DNA of 63,980 nucleotides, the filler included, from Nitrospinota bacterium (GTDB lineage Bacteria > JAUXIQ01): the NCBI GenBank assembly GCA_030620925.1. It is 13 parts of 13 records of this genome, joined end to end, with 100 filler letters (N's around TTAATTAATTAA, not from the genome) between each part and the next. Parts side by side here need not be neighbours in the genome. Positions count along the whole stretch, not along the records: positions 33,096 to 41,046 come from JAUXIQ010000077.1; positions 41,147 to 49,214 come from JAUXIQ010000075.1; positions 49,315 to 53,176 come from JAUXIQ010000275.1; 10 more parts are not named here. The stretch is one strand, 5' to 3'. A model generated the notes under the pieces. That model did not search any database and was not told the DNA's origin. It worked only from the letters and a program-made list of their open reading frames with translations. Positions 39,551 through 50,480 of this stretch are shown piece by piece. How positions within the stretch are numbered: position 1 is the first letter of the stretch; each line of letters opens with the position of its first letter. The position numbers were made by a program, and so were the translations under genes.

Positions 39551-41011
39551 TTATTGTTGTCTGCCCGAATCTTCGCGGAGAGACTTTAAAAACTCTTGTG
39601 GTACTTTATCGCCCAGGCTTTCAGCCTTATGGACGTCCCTCCAGGCTCTGTCATATTCTCCCGTTGAATAGTAAGCTATGGCCCTGTTGCTGTAGGCTTC
39701 GGCATACCCCGAGTCCAGCTCGATGACTTTGGTGTAATCGGCGATGGCTTTGTCATATTGCCTTTTATCCTCATAGGCGAGTCCCCGGTTGTTAAAAGCC
39801 AGCTTATACCCTGGTTTTATCTCTATGGCCTTGGTGTAATCGGCTATGGCTTTGTCCAGTAGGCCTTTGTTATCATAGGCCACTCCCCGATTATGGTAGG
39901 CTCTAGAATACGCGGGTTTTATCTCTATGGCCTTGGTGTAATCGGCTATGGCCTGGTCATACTGACCTTTGTTATCATAGGCAAACCCCCTGTTTTGGTA
40001 TGCTTTAGCGTACCCGGGGTCTATCTCTATGGCCTTGCTGTAATCGGCTATGGCCAAGTCGTACAGACCTTTTTTATTGTAGGAAAGCCCCCGATTGCTG
40101 TAAGCCAACGCGTAGTTGGGTTTTATCTCTATGGCCTTGCTGTAATCAGCTATGGCGAGGTCATACTGGCCTTTTTTATAGTAGACATTTCCTCGGTTAT
40201 TGTAGGCTTTATTATATGTTGGCTTTATCTCTATGGCCTTGTTGTAATTAGCTATGGCCTGGTCATACTGACCTTTTTTCTTGTAGGCAAGCCCCCGATT
40301 GCTGTAAGCCAACGCGTAGTTGGGTTTTATCTCTATGGCCTTGCTGTAATCGGCTATGGCGAGGTCATACTGGCCTTTTTTATAATAAACATTTCCTCGG
40401 TTGTTGTAGGCGCTATTATACCTGGGTTTTATCTCTATGGCCTTGCTGTAATCAGCGAAGGCGAGGTCATACAGACCTTTTTTCTTGTAGGCAAGTCCCC
40501 GATTATTGAAGCCCAACGCGTAGTTGGGTTTTATCTCCATGGCCTTGGTGTAATCGGCTATGGCCAGGTCGTACAGACCCTTTGCATAGTAGACATTCCC
40601 TCGGTTGTTATAGGCTTTATCATACTTGGGGATTATCTGTATGGCTTTGTTGTAATCAGCTATAGCCAGGTCATACAGACCTTTTTTCTTGTAGACGAGC
40701 CCCCGATTATTGTAGGCTTTAGCATACCCGGGGTCCAGCTCTACGGCCTTGGTGTAATCGGCTATGGCCTGGTCATTGTTACCCAATTTTTTATAGGCCA
40801 GCCCCCGATTGTAGTAAGCCCAAACATACCCGGGGTCCAGCTCTACGGCTTTGCTGTAATTAGCGATGGCTTTGCCATACTCACCATTATTATAGTAGTC
40901 GATCCCCTGATCGTTGTAATTTGAGGCGGTAGGGCTCTGGCCGTAGCTGACGCCGACCGTTAAAAGCAGGCACACTGAAATCGCCACACATATTCTGGTT
41001 AACGCTTTCAC
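39551..41011 (-). CDS. Exported TPR-repeat protein (about 13 repeats)
   Basis: Signal peptide and highly similar 34-aa (102-nt) repeats. Confidence 0.95.
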   Translation of the reverse strand: MKALTRICVAISVCLLLTVGVSYGQSPTASNYNDQGIDYYNNGEYGKAIANYSKAVELDPGYVWAYYNRGLAYKKLGNNDQAIADYTKAVELDPGYAKAYNNRGLVYKKKGLYDLAIADYNKAIQIIPKYDKAYNNRGNVYYAKGLYDLAIADYTKAMEIKPNYALGFNNRGLAYKKKGLYDLAFADYSKAIEIKPRYNSAYNNRGNVYYKKGQYDLAIADYSKAIEIKPNYALAYSNRGLAYKKKGQYDQAIANYNKAIEIKPTYNKAYNNRGNVYYKKGQYDLAIADYSKAIEIKPNYALAYSNRGLSYNKKGLYDLAIADYSKAIEIDPGYAKAYQNRGFAYDNKGQYDQAIADYTKAIEIKPAYSRAYHNRGVAYDNKGLLDKAIADYTKAIEIKPGYKLAFNNRGLAYEDKRQYDKAIADYTKVIELDSGYAEAYSNRAIAYYSTGEYDRAWRDVHKAESLGDKVPQEFLKSLREDSGRQQ

Positions 41012-41433
41012 GACATCTCCTCCTTTAAATTGCGCACGTAGACAAANNNNNNNNNNNNNNNNNNNNNNNNNNNNNNNNNNNNNNNNNNNNTTAATTAATT
41101 AANNNNNNNNNNNNNNNNNNNNNNNNNNNNNNNNNNNNNNNNNNNNAGCTCACATGCCTTGTGTATTTTTCACCATAACTCATGAAAAATTAGAATTCGG
41201 TCGATAAAAAGTATAGTTCAGAAAGCAGGGCCATTTCAAGGCGTTTCTGATAAAAGACGGAAAAGTTAAAATTTGTGAGACCCAGAACCGTTTTATCGGG
41301 GAGGAAAAAAGATATTTAACTTGACTTATTTTTTTTCTTATTGATTTTCAGCTAGTTATTTGATATAAGTTCAGTAACCTTGCACGGGCGTATTACGATG
41401 CTGATTCTATATTTCCTCAAACATAGGATGTAA

Positions 41434-42462
<1,029 letters not shown>

Positions 42463-42501
42463 CACTGAAGAACTTTACATTCAATTCCTTTTATATTTGC
42501 C

Positions 42502-43359
42502 TTGAATAGTTTCAGCAGCCCATTAATCCAGAATGAAACGGACCCCAGGATTGTTAGCGCACGACGTTGGCAACTCCTGGTGGTTCTTATTGCGGTATCC
42601 CTGGCGTTGACCATCACCTCCATCAAAAGTCGCGGGAACCCCAATTTAGTCCAATCCCTGATATTAAACGTTTTCTCTCCCTTCCAGTGGACGTTCTCCA
42701 GCGGGACACGCTCCATTGGAGGCTGGTGGCGCGGCTACGCCAATCTGGTGGGTGTAAAAAAGGAGAACGAGAAACTTTCTAATAGAGTCAGACAACTACA
42801 GAGCGAAGTCAACAAGCTCAGGGAAGCGGAAATCAAACTCTGGCGGCTTCAGAGGTTGATGGGTTTTAACGTTGAAAAACATATAGAGGCAGTGCCCGCC
42901 GAGGTGATCGGCAGAGAAGCCGACAACTGGTCCCGCATGATTCTTCTCAACAGAGGCACGGAGGACGGTGTGGAAAAGAGCATGGCCGTAATAACCTCAG
43001 AAGGGTTATTGGGGAGAGTGGCGCAGGCGTCAGATAACAAGGCGAAGGTACTTCTTATAACAGACTGGCGCAGCTCCGTAGACTCTCTTGTTCAAAGGAC
43101 TCGCGCACGGGGCATCGTGGTGGGGAAATCATCACGAGCGGGCGAAATGAGGTATATCCCCTTGAACGCCGACGTGAGGGTGGGGGATAAAGTGTTATCC
43201 TCCGGTTTAGGCGGCGTCTTTCCCAAAGGGCTGATGGTAGGGATGGTCATAAAAGTGACCAAAGAGAGAAACGGTCTGTTTCAAAAAGCCACCGTGATCC
43301 CCTTCGTCGATGCAGGCGAAGTTGAAGAGGCCCTGGTGGTACTTCGCTATGGAGGATAA
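42502..43359 (+). CDS. mreC: Rod shape-determining protein MreC (start uncertain)
   Basis: TM segment plus coiled coil, GLLGRV and SSGLGGVFPKGL; operon position. Confidence 0.93.
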   Translation: MNSFSSPLIQNETDPRIVSARRWQLLVVLIAVSLALTITSIKSRGNPNLVQSLILNVFSPFQWTFSSGTRSIGGWWRGYANLVGVKKENEKLSNRVRQLQSEVNKLREAEIKLWRLQRLMGFNVEKHIEAVPAEVIGREADNWSRMILLNRGTEDGVEKSMAVITSEGLLGRVAQASDNKAKVLLITDWRSSVDSLVQRTRARGIVVGKSSRAGEMRYIPLNADVRVGDKVLSSGLGGVFPKGLMVGMVIKVTKERNGLFQKATVIPFVDAGEVEEALVVLRYGG

Positions 43360-43364
43360 GCGGC

Positions 43365-43952
43365 TTGTCCCTTCAGTTATATGGCCAGAGGTTTTATACA
43401 GGGAAAAAGACGAGTATCGCCCGCATCGCCATCCTGATCTTTGTCTTTGCACTGCTGCAGACAGCCGTTCTGGGGAGAGTTTCCATCATCGGGATTAAGC
43501 CCGAGCTGCTCTTGATTCTGGCCTGCTATTTCCTGCTTCATCTACCCGACAGGGAAGCACTCATATCGGTTTTTATCCTGGGGCTCATCAACGATGCTTA
43601 TTCGCTGGTCCCTTTCGGTCTAACCTCCTTATCCTTCTTGATCATCGCCGCTATCCTGCTTAAAGCCAGGGACGAGCTGATCGAAACAAACCTCTTAACC
43701 TGGTGTGCGGTGCTGTGTGGAGCCACTCTGTTCAACGCCATGCTTCAGATTGTATCGATGCGTCTGGTACTATGGGAACCACTCCCCATACTGAACTCTC
43801 TGGGCAAACATCTGCTGGTGGTGGTTATAAACGTGGCCCTGGGAGTTGCCCTCCTCCCCATTCTTATCCGTATGAGCAGCGGCCCGGCGGCCTCCCACAA
43901 GAAGGTGGGCGAAGACCAGTCTGAGCACTTGAAAATGCGGAAGTTCGTGTAA
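43365..43952 (+). CDS. mreD: Rod shape-determining protein MreD
   Basis: Polytopic membrane protein with KPELLLI and GLINDAYS..PFG; operon position. Confidence 0.85.
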   Translation: MSLQLYGQRFYTGKKTSIARIAILIFVFALLQTAVLGRVSIIGIKPELLLILACYFLLHLPDREALISVFILGLINDAYSLVPFGLTSLSFLIIAAILLKARDELIETNLLTWCAVLCGATLFNAMLQIVSMRLVLWEPLPILNSLGKHLLVVVINVALGVALLPILIRMSSGPAASHKKVGEDQSEHLKMRKFV

Positions 43953-43953
43953 C

Positions 43954-45798
43954 ATGCTTTTCGGCAATATAGAAACACTAGAAATTACCGAGATAAGGAA
44001 ACGCCTCCTCATCCTTTCAATACTGGTCCTTATATCTATGGGGGTTCTGTTTATCCGGCTGTGGCAGCTTCAGATATCTCAGAGCGAAAAATACAGAACC
44101 CTCTCTGAGAGCAACCGTATAAGAGTCCTCCCGGTTAAAAGCCCGCGAGGTTATATCACGGCTCGAAACGGAGCACCACTGGTGGAGAATCGGCCCGAGT
44201 TTAAACTCTATCTCATTCCCGAAGAAGTACCCGATGTGGAAGAACTGCTGTCCCGCATGGAGGGCAACATAAGCGTGGACATGGAATTGGTAAAGGAGCG
44301 GCTGGCTTCTTCCAGAAAGTTCAAACCGGTGCTGGTTAAAGACGATTTGGGCCGCAACGAACTGGCCTTCCTGGAGGAACACAGGCCCGACCTCCCGGGC
44401 ACCTTCATACAGGTTGAACCGGTACGGTTCTACAGGTACGGCCCCCTGGCCGCCCATCTACTCGGCTACTTGGGCGAGATAAGCGAGAAAGAGCTCAGAA
44501 ACCGCACCAGAGACAGGTATATGATCGGCGACTATACAGGAAAATCGGGCCTGGAGAAAGCCTACGATCGGGAGTTGAGGGGGCTCAAGGGCCGCAAGTT
44601 CATGGAAGTGGACGCCCTGGGCAGGGAGCTTCGACCCCTGGGAAACATAGAGCCTACCATAGGCAACATCGTTACCCTCACTTTGGACCTGGACCTCCAG
44701 ATTCTGGCCGAAGACCTTCTACTTGACGAGCGGGGAGCTATTCTGGTCATGGACCCCAGAGACGGACAGATTCTGGCCTACGTGAGCAAACCGGCGTTCG
44801 ATCCCAACCTCTTCGTCAGCGGTTTGAGGAAGCAAGATTGGGAAGAGCTGAGTACCGACAAGACCCACCCCCTGCAGGACAGGGTTATGCAAGGTCAGTA
44901 TCCGCCCGGCTCGGTGTTCAAGATTATAACGGCCGTGGCCGCCCTGGAAGAGGAAGTCGTCAACGAAGAAACCACGGTCTACTGCCCCGGCCACTATTAT
45001 TTCGGCAAAAGAATCTACAGAGACTGGAAGAGATCGGGGCACGGAGTGGTCAATCTGCACCGGGCCCTGGTGGAATCGTGCGACGTATATTTTTACCAGG
45101 TGGGTGAAAAGGTAGGCGTCGACACCATACACAAATATGCCAAAGGGTTCGGATTTGGAAAAGCATTGAACATTGCCCTGGGCCGCGGCCAGCCAGGCTT
45201 GATACCATCCACCACCTGGAAGACCGAGGTAAAGAACGAACCCTGGTTCCCGGGAGAAACCCTCATAACGGCTATCGGCCAGGGTTATGTGCTGGTCACC
45301 CCCATGCAGCTTGCCATCATGATCAGCGCAATAGCAAACGGAGGCACGCTTTACCTTCCTCAATTTGTGGAACGTGTAGAGAACCAGGAAGGGCGAATCA
45401 TTAAAAGGTTCAAACCCCAGGAACTGGGCACCATACCCGCCACCCCCGCCACCCTGGCAATAATAAGAAAGGCATTGTGGGGAGTGGTCAATGAACCGAA
45501 GGGAACGGGAAAAGGGGCCAAGCTCCCCTGGGTTGAGGTGGCCGGAAAGACAGGGACTGCCCAGGTGGTGAGGTATAAAAAATGGAATCGTAAGCAGATT
45601 GGGACACCGAAAGAATTGCTGGATCATGCCTGGTTCGTTTCTTTTGCACCCCTGGAAGAACCTTCCATAGCCCTGGTGATTCTGATTGAAAACGCGGGCA
45701 AAGGGGGCAGCAGATACGCCCACATAGCAAAAAAGATCATCGAGGCTTATCTGAGCAAACAGACGAAAACCGGCGTCAATGAAACTTCGAGTAGATAA
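43954..45798 (+). CDS. mrdA: Penicillin-binding protein 2
   Basis: PGSVFK (SxxK), SCD and KTGT motifs; operon position. Confidence 0.96.
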   Translation: MLFGNIETLEITEIRKRLLILSILVLISMGVLFIRLWQLQISQSEKYRTLSESNRIRVLPVKSPRGYITARNGAPLVENRPEFKLYLIPEEVPDVEELLSRMEGNISVDMELVKERLASSRKFKPVLVKDDLGRNELAFLEEHRPDLPGTFIQVEPVRFYRYGPLAAHLLGYLGEISEKELRNRTRDRYMIGDYTGKSGLEKAYDRELRGLKGRKFMEVDALGRELRPLGNIEPTIGNIVTLTLDLDLQILAEDLLLDERGAILVMDPRDGQILAYVSKPAFDPNLFVSGLRKQDWEELSTDKTHPLQDRVMQGQYPPGSVFKIITAVAALEEEVVNEETTVYCPGHYYFGKRIYRDWKRSGHGVVNLHRALVESCDVYFYQVGEKVGVDTIHKYAKGFGFGKALNIALGRGQPGLIPSTTWKTEVKNEPWFPGETLITAIGQGYVLVTPMQLAIMISAIANGGTLYLPQFVERVENQEGRIIKRFKPQELGTIPATPATLAIIRKALWGVVNEPKGTGKGAKLPWVEVAGKTGTAQVVRYKKWNRKQIGTPKELLDHAWFVSFAPLEEPSIALVILIENAGKGGSRYAHIAKKIIEAYLSKQTKTGVNETSSR

Positions 45799-45800
45799 CC

Positions 45801-46898
45801 ATGCTGATAACACGGATTTCAATAAAAGACCTGGACTGGGTTCTCCTGGCTCTGACCTTGAGCCTCGCTTCGATAGGCTTACTGGCCATATACAGCGCCA
45901 CCCACGGGAAGGGGGTCAGCTCGGTAGACGTTTATTACATCAGGCAGATATGGTGGCTGGCGATAGGTGCACTGTTTATGGCCTTCACCACCCTGGTGGA
46001 TTACAGGACTCTGGGAAGATATGCCTATGTCTTCTATGGGATCATAGTGCTTTCTCTCGCCTACTTACTTCTGTTCGGAAAAGCCGTCTCAGGAGCTCAG
46101 CGCTGGATAGAGCTGGGCTCGATAAACTTTCAACCTTCAGAGTTGTCCAAAGTCATACTGGTGCTGGCCTTGGCCAAATGCCTCCAGGATAAAAGCCGCG
46201 GCGGCCTGTTAGGGTTCCGCAGTCTCCTCTTGCCCGTAGGTCTGGTGCTACTGCCTTTCGCACTGGTGGTCAAACAACCGGACCTGGGTACGGCCCTCCT
46301 GCTGGCTCTCATGGCGGTGATCATGGTCTTCCTGTGCGGCATAAAACGCCGCACTCTTATTTATATGCTGGTGTTGGCTCTTGGGCTCACACTTCTGTTG
46401 TGGTATTTCATGGAAGACTACCAGCAAGGGCGGGTAATAAACTTCCTCTACCCCAACGCCGACCCCAGCGGTGCCGGTTATCAAAGCCTGCAATCCAAAA
46501 TAGCAGTGGGCTCGGGAGGAATCACGGGCAAAGGGATCATGGCCGGCACACAAAGCGGCCTCAATTTTCTCCCTGAAAAACACACGGATTTTATTTTCGC
46601 CGTGGTGGCTGAGGAACTGGGATTTTTTGGCTCCTCTCTGGTATTATTTCTATATCTTGCTATAATAATCAAAGGGCTGAACATAGCTTTCAGCGCCAGG
46701 GACCTCCTGGGAGTATTGATGGCCGGCGGCGTGGTGATCATGCTCTCCCTTCACGTGGTACTGAATATCGCCATGACCGTGGGAATGGCGCCGGTGGTGG
46801 GAATACCGTTGCCGCTCATGAGCTACGGCGGCTCCTCGGTGGTCACTACCATGGCCGGCATCGGCCTGTTGATGAACGTCAGGATAAATAAGTCTTGA
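45801..46898 (+). CDS. rodA: SEDS peptidoglycan polymerase RodA
   Basis: GAQRWI, FQPSELSK, QPDLGT, PEKHTDFIF and PLMSYGGSS. Confidence 0.97.
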   Translation: MLITRISIKDLDWVLLALTLSLASIGLLAIYSATHGKGVSSVDVYYIRQIWWLAIGALFMAFTTLVDYRTLGRYAYVFYGIIVLSLAYLLLFGKAVSGAQRWIELGSINFQPSELSKVILVLALAKCLQDKSRGGLLGFRSLLLPVGLVLLPFALVVKQPDLGTALLLALMAVIMVFLCGIKRRTLIYMLVLALGLTLLLWYFMEDYQQGRVINFLYPNADPSGAGYQSLQSKIAVGSGGITGKGIMAGTQSGLNFLPEKHTDFIFAVVAEELGFFGSSLVLFLYLAIIIKGLNIAFSARDLLGVLMAGGVVIMLSLHVVLNIAMTVGMAPVVGIPLPLMSYGGSSVVTTMAGIGLLMNVRINKS

Positions 46899-47074
46899 AC
46901 GATGGATAGGGCGATTACCCCCCTGAAAAGGGGAGGTAACGGTAGGTCGATTAAAATAAATTATTTAACGAACAAGCTTAACCCCGCCTATGGCGGGGTG
47001 GGTTTTTCCAATAAAAGGTTCTCTCGAAAGTCTTACTCCTTCGAGACGATTAAGAAGGGTTTACCTGCGCCTCT

Positions 47075-48355
47075 ATGACCGTTCATAAGATCATCATCGG
47101 TGATTCCAGGGATATGAAGGAGGTTCCCGACGGGGCCGTCCACTTCATAATCACCTCGCCGCCTTACTGGCAATTGAAAGATTACAACCACGCAAACCAG
47201 ATAGGCTTCGGCGACAGCTACGAAGACTATATAAACAACCTCAGCCTGGTCTGGAATGAATGCCACAGGGCGCTCCACGATGGGTGCCGCCTCTGCGTCG
47301 TGGTGGGAGACCAGTTTGCCCGCTCCGCGTACTACGGGCGTTACAAGGTCATACCCATCCGTACGGAGATAATAAAATTCTGCGAGACTCTGGGGTTCGA
47401 TTACATGGGAGCCGTCATCTGGCAGAAGGTCACCACCTGTAACACCTCAGGTGGCGCAACCATTATGGGCTCCTATCCCCATCCCAGAAACGGCATACTG
47501 AAAATCGACTACGAATTCATCCTCAACTTCAAGAAACCGGGAAAACCGCCGAAGGTCAGCCCTGAAATCAAGGAAGCCTCCAGGCTCTCACTGGAAGAAT
47601 GGAACGAATACTTCGCAGGTCACTGGAATTTCAGCGGGGAAAAGCAGGATAAGCACCTGGCCACCTTCCCTGAGGAGCTCCCCCGACGATTGATCAAGAT
47701 GTTCAGCTTCCAGGGGGAGACGATCCTGGACCCTTTTTTGGGCAGCGGCACCACCACCGCGGCCGCCGCAAGGCTGGGCAGAAATTCCGTCGGCTATGAG
47801 ATAAACGCGGAATACCGACAAACCATCGAGGACAGACTGTCAGAGACCGTCAGCCTCGCAGGGAATAACCACGATGTAGAAGTAATTGAACAACGGCCTG
47901 AAAAAATCGACTTCAATAAGAAAATAGAAAAACTGCCTTACGTTTTTAAAGACCCTGTGTGTTTTCGGAGAAAAATCCACCCCGGGGCATTGAACTTCGG
48001 TTCCAAAGTAGACGGTTCGGAAAAGGAGCCTGAGACGTATCACAGAGTCCAAAAGATAGTTTCCCCCTGCGAGGTAGTCCTGGACAGCGGCCGAAAAATC
48101 AACCTCATGGGAATTAAGCCCAACGGGAGGACGGATGCCCAGGCCCGACAACTATTGGAAAAACTCACTAAAGGAAGTAAAATATATTTACGGTTCGATG
48201 GTAACGATAATGGAACGAATTGCTACCTCTACCTCAAGAACAAGACGTTTGTCAACGCCCATCTGGCGAAAAGCAGTCTTGTGGATGTAGACACGACTCA
48301 AGATTACAAATTCAAACAAAAATTTCTTAAATACAAAGAATCGGCTGTCGCCTGA
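47075..48355 (+). CDS. Beta-class N4-C/N6-A DNA methyltransferase with a C-terminal nuclease-like (SNase-type) extension
   Basis: TSPPYW precedes DPFLGSGTT; HLATFPEEL; about 100-aa tail (INLMGIK...CYLYLKNKTFVNAHL). Confidence 0.9.
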   Translation: MTVHKIIIGDSRDMKEVPDGAVHFIITSPPYWQLKDYNHANQIGFGDSYEDYINNLSLVWNECHRALHDGCRLCVVVGDQFARSAYYGRYKVIPIRTEIIKFCETLGFDYMGAVIWQKVTTCNTSGGATIMGSYPHPRNGILKIDYEFILNFKKPGKPPKVSPEIKEASRLSLEEWNEYFAGHWNFSGEKQDKHLATFPEELPRRLIKMFSFQGETILDPFLGSGTTTAAAARLGRNSVGYEINAEYRQTIEDRLSETVSLAGNNHDVEVIEQRPEKIDFNKKIEKLPYVFKDPVCFRRKIHPGALNFGSKVDGSEKEPETYHRVQKIVSPCEVVLDSGRKINLMGIKPNGRTDAQARQLLEKLTKGSKIYLRFDGNDNGTNCYLYLKNKTFVNAHLAKSSLVDVDTTQDYKFKQKFLKYKESAVA

Positions 48356-48389
48356 ACAATGTGGAACAAGAAGGGTATTATCGCAAACG

Positions 48390-49214
48390 ATGAGTGTTTA
48401 TGACGAGCTGCTGCCTCACGTAAAAAAACCATCCAGATACCTGGGATACGAGATAAATGCAGCAGCTAAAGATTTGAGCAAGGTGACCGTTAAGGTGGCC
48501 CTGGCCTTCCCGGATTTGTATGAGATAGGTATGTCCCATCAGGGGCTTAAGATTCTCTATCACATCCTGAACTCTCGGCCCGATTCCGCCGCTGAGAGAG
48601 TTTTCATCCCCGATGAGGACTACATCGCCCTCCTGGAGGAAAGAGGGCTCGAGCTCTGCAGCCTCGAGTCTCAACTGCCCCTTTCCCGATTCGACCTGGT
48701 CGGCTTCACGCTGCAGTATGAGCTCAGTTACACCAACATACTTCACATGCTGCGGCTGGGCGGCATACCGTTGCGCCGGGAAGAGCGAGGCGAAAAAGAC
48801 CCCTTCGTCATTGCCGGAGGCCCCTGCGCTTTCAACCCCGAACCGCTCGCTGACTTTTTCGACGCCGTGGTTCTCGGCGACGGCGAGGAAGTGATACTGG
48901 AGATAGTGGAGGCTTATCGCCGACACCGCAAAGAAGGGGGGGAAAGGACGGACTATCTGGAGCGCCTTGCCGGCATTGAAGGGGTATACGTCCCCTCGTT
49001 TTTCGAAGTGAGAGACGGCCTGGCGGAGGTCCGTCCCCTTCTCGACGGCTGCACCACCGTGACCGGCCGGTTGGTGGAAAACTTGGACGTCGCCCCCTAT
49101 CCCACCAGGCCTGTGGTCCCCTTCATGGAAATCGTGCACGACAGGCTAACAGTGGAGGTCGCCCGGGGGTGCACCAGAGGATGCCGCTTCTGCCAGGCGG
49201 GGTGCATCTGCAGG
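48390..49214 (+). CDS. TIGR03960-type B12-binding radical SAM protein, 3'-truncated
   Basis: KPSRYLG, FPDLYEIGMSH, AGGPCAFNPEP and RGCTRGCRFCQAG (CxxxCxxC). Confidence 0.92.
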
Positions 49215-49314
49215 NNNNNNNNNNNNNNNNNNNNNNNNNNNNNNNNNNNNNNNNNNNNTTAATTAATTAANNNNNNNNNNNNNNNNNNNNNNNNNNNNNN
49301 NNNNNNNNNNNNNN

Positions 49315-49531
49315 GGTCCGCCCGGGTCAGGTCCGCCCGGGTCAGGTCCGCCCGGGTCAGGTCCGCCCCGGTCAGGTTCGCCCGGGTCAGGTCCGCCCCG
49401 GTCAGGTCCGCCCAGGTCAGGTCCGCCCCGAACACTACGGCGATTTCTACACACAGTTTAAAAGATCCACACTTGAAAGCGAAAAGCTGCTTGTTTGTGG
49501 CTTTGTGCCTAATTACGAATGTTTTTTCCAT
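49315..49531 (-). CDS. Pentapeptide-repeat protein, 3'-truncated
   Basis: A(D/N)LT(G/R/W) repeats encoded by a 15-bp tandem repeat at 49315-49430. Confidence 0.88.
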
Positions 49532-49757
49532 GTTAATTTCCCTGTAAAAGGTGAATGGTTGAGAGCTTCGGGCGGTATTTGTTGCCCGGATGAATTGCTG
49601 TAGATGCCGAGTTTTTCCCGGTCAGCATCGGTCAGCCCCTGCAATTGTTTCTTTACCCAGGATGTGGACCGCTCGAGTTTTGCGGCCACGTCTTTTACGC
49701 TTAAGGTTTTAATTGATTGCTCCTCCCCGACGCCCCCCGGAGAGGGCGGGTATACGG

Positions 49758-49973
49758 TTAGATAGCGACCTCGTAATAATCGTGGTCTACGGTGTAGGAT
49801 ACGAAATCGGGGTGAATGTTGACCGTACAGTAGGCGAGGGCGCAGCCACGGGGACCGGTTGCCCTTTCGTTTGATCTAAACCCACCAAAACACTTAACCA
49901 CATCAAGCGCAAGCGAGAGGAAAAGTTTTGTTGCGAAAGTGTTTATTTTGTTTGTTCTTGTTGAGTTTGTCAT
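49758..49973 (-). CDS. Small phage hypothetical protein
   Basis: 71 aa with an AAGGGG RBS, directly downstream of the promoter at 50042-50070. Confidence 0.55.
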   Translation of the reverse strand: MTNSTRTNKINTFATKLFLSLALDVVKCFGGFRSNERATGPRGCALAYCTVNIHPDFVSYTVDHDYYEVAI

Positions 49974-50041
49974 TTTTGTTTTCCCCTTGGTTGTTTTAGT
50001 GTTTGGCCTGCCCTGCGCCCTTTCCGCTCACTCTTAAAACC

Positions 50042-50093
50042 AATATACCCGACCGGGTATTACCTGTCAAGAACTATTTTACCTGATCAGGTA
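50042..50093 (-). promoter_or_regulatory. Sigma70 promoter with two palindromic operators
   Basis: Minus strand TTGACA-17 nt-TATATT. Palindromes ATACCCGACCGGGTAT (50045-50060) and TACCTGATCAGGTA (50080-50093). Confidence 0.75.
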
Positions 50094-50123
50094 TTATCCC
50101 GTAAACGTGTATAAACTCCGCCT

Positions 50124-50309
50124 TCACCCAGAGGTCACCGTCGACTCTAAAATCCGGGTGTTCAACCCGGAAAGCGGTTTTGTGATCTCCGAGAGCTCCG
50201 ACTTTGACACGCCATAGCCCGGCCCCGGGAGTACCTCTCGGAGGATACGCGCCGCCGTATCAAGGCGAACCGGATTTTCCATTTTGAGATATTCGGTCTC
50301 TGTCAACAT
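50124..50309 (-). CDS. Small phage hypothetical protein
   Basis: 61-aa ORF tightly packed after the preceding ORF. Confidence 0.5.
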   Translation of the reverse strand: MLTETEYLKMENPVRLDTAARILREVLPGPGYGVSKSELSEITKPLSGLNTRILESTVTSG

Positions 50310-50316
50310 TAGGACT

Positions 50317-50475
50317 CTATTCGGTATTTAAAAGTTTAGAAAGGTGGTCCCTGAGCTTAATCACTTGTTTTCTGCTAAGTGTCGCCCCATTCGGGTGGGC
50401 GACAATTAAGAGTTTCCCTTTTAGTAGAACACCTCCAACCTGAAACGCCTTTCCGTCCTCGTCGAACATCAACAT
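50317..50475 (-). CDS. Small phage hypothetical protein
   Basis: MLMFDEDGKAF... begins a few nt after the polymerase stop. Confidence 0.5.
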   Translation of the reverse strand: MLMFDEDGKAFQVGGVLLKGKLLIVAHPNGATLSRKQVIKLRDHLSKLLNTE

Positions 50476-50480
50476 GCTGA

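Noticed and set aside
38538-40924. Long plus-strand ORFs (305 and 343 aa) opposite the TPR genes
   Set aside because: Antisense shadows of repetitive TPR codons with no independent protein features.
39551-41011. TPR nucleotide repeats as a possible DGR template/variable pair or CRISPR array
   Set aside because: The repeats are in-frame 102-nt coding units, differences are not adenine-specific, and there is no reverse transcriptase, cas gene or unique spacers.
49532-49720. Minus-strand frame resembling an HTH (LSVKDVAAKLERSTSWVKK)
   Set aside because: No clear start codon or RBS, and the frame runs into the next gene. It may be a real small gene or a relic, but it cannot be supported.
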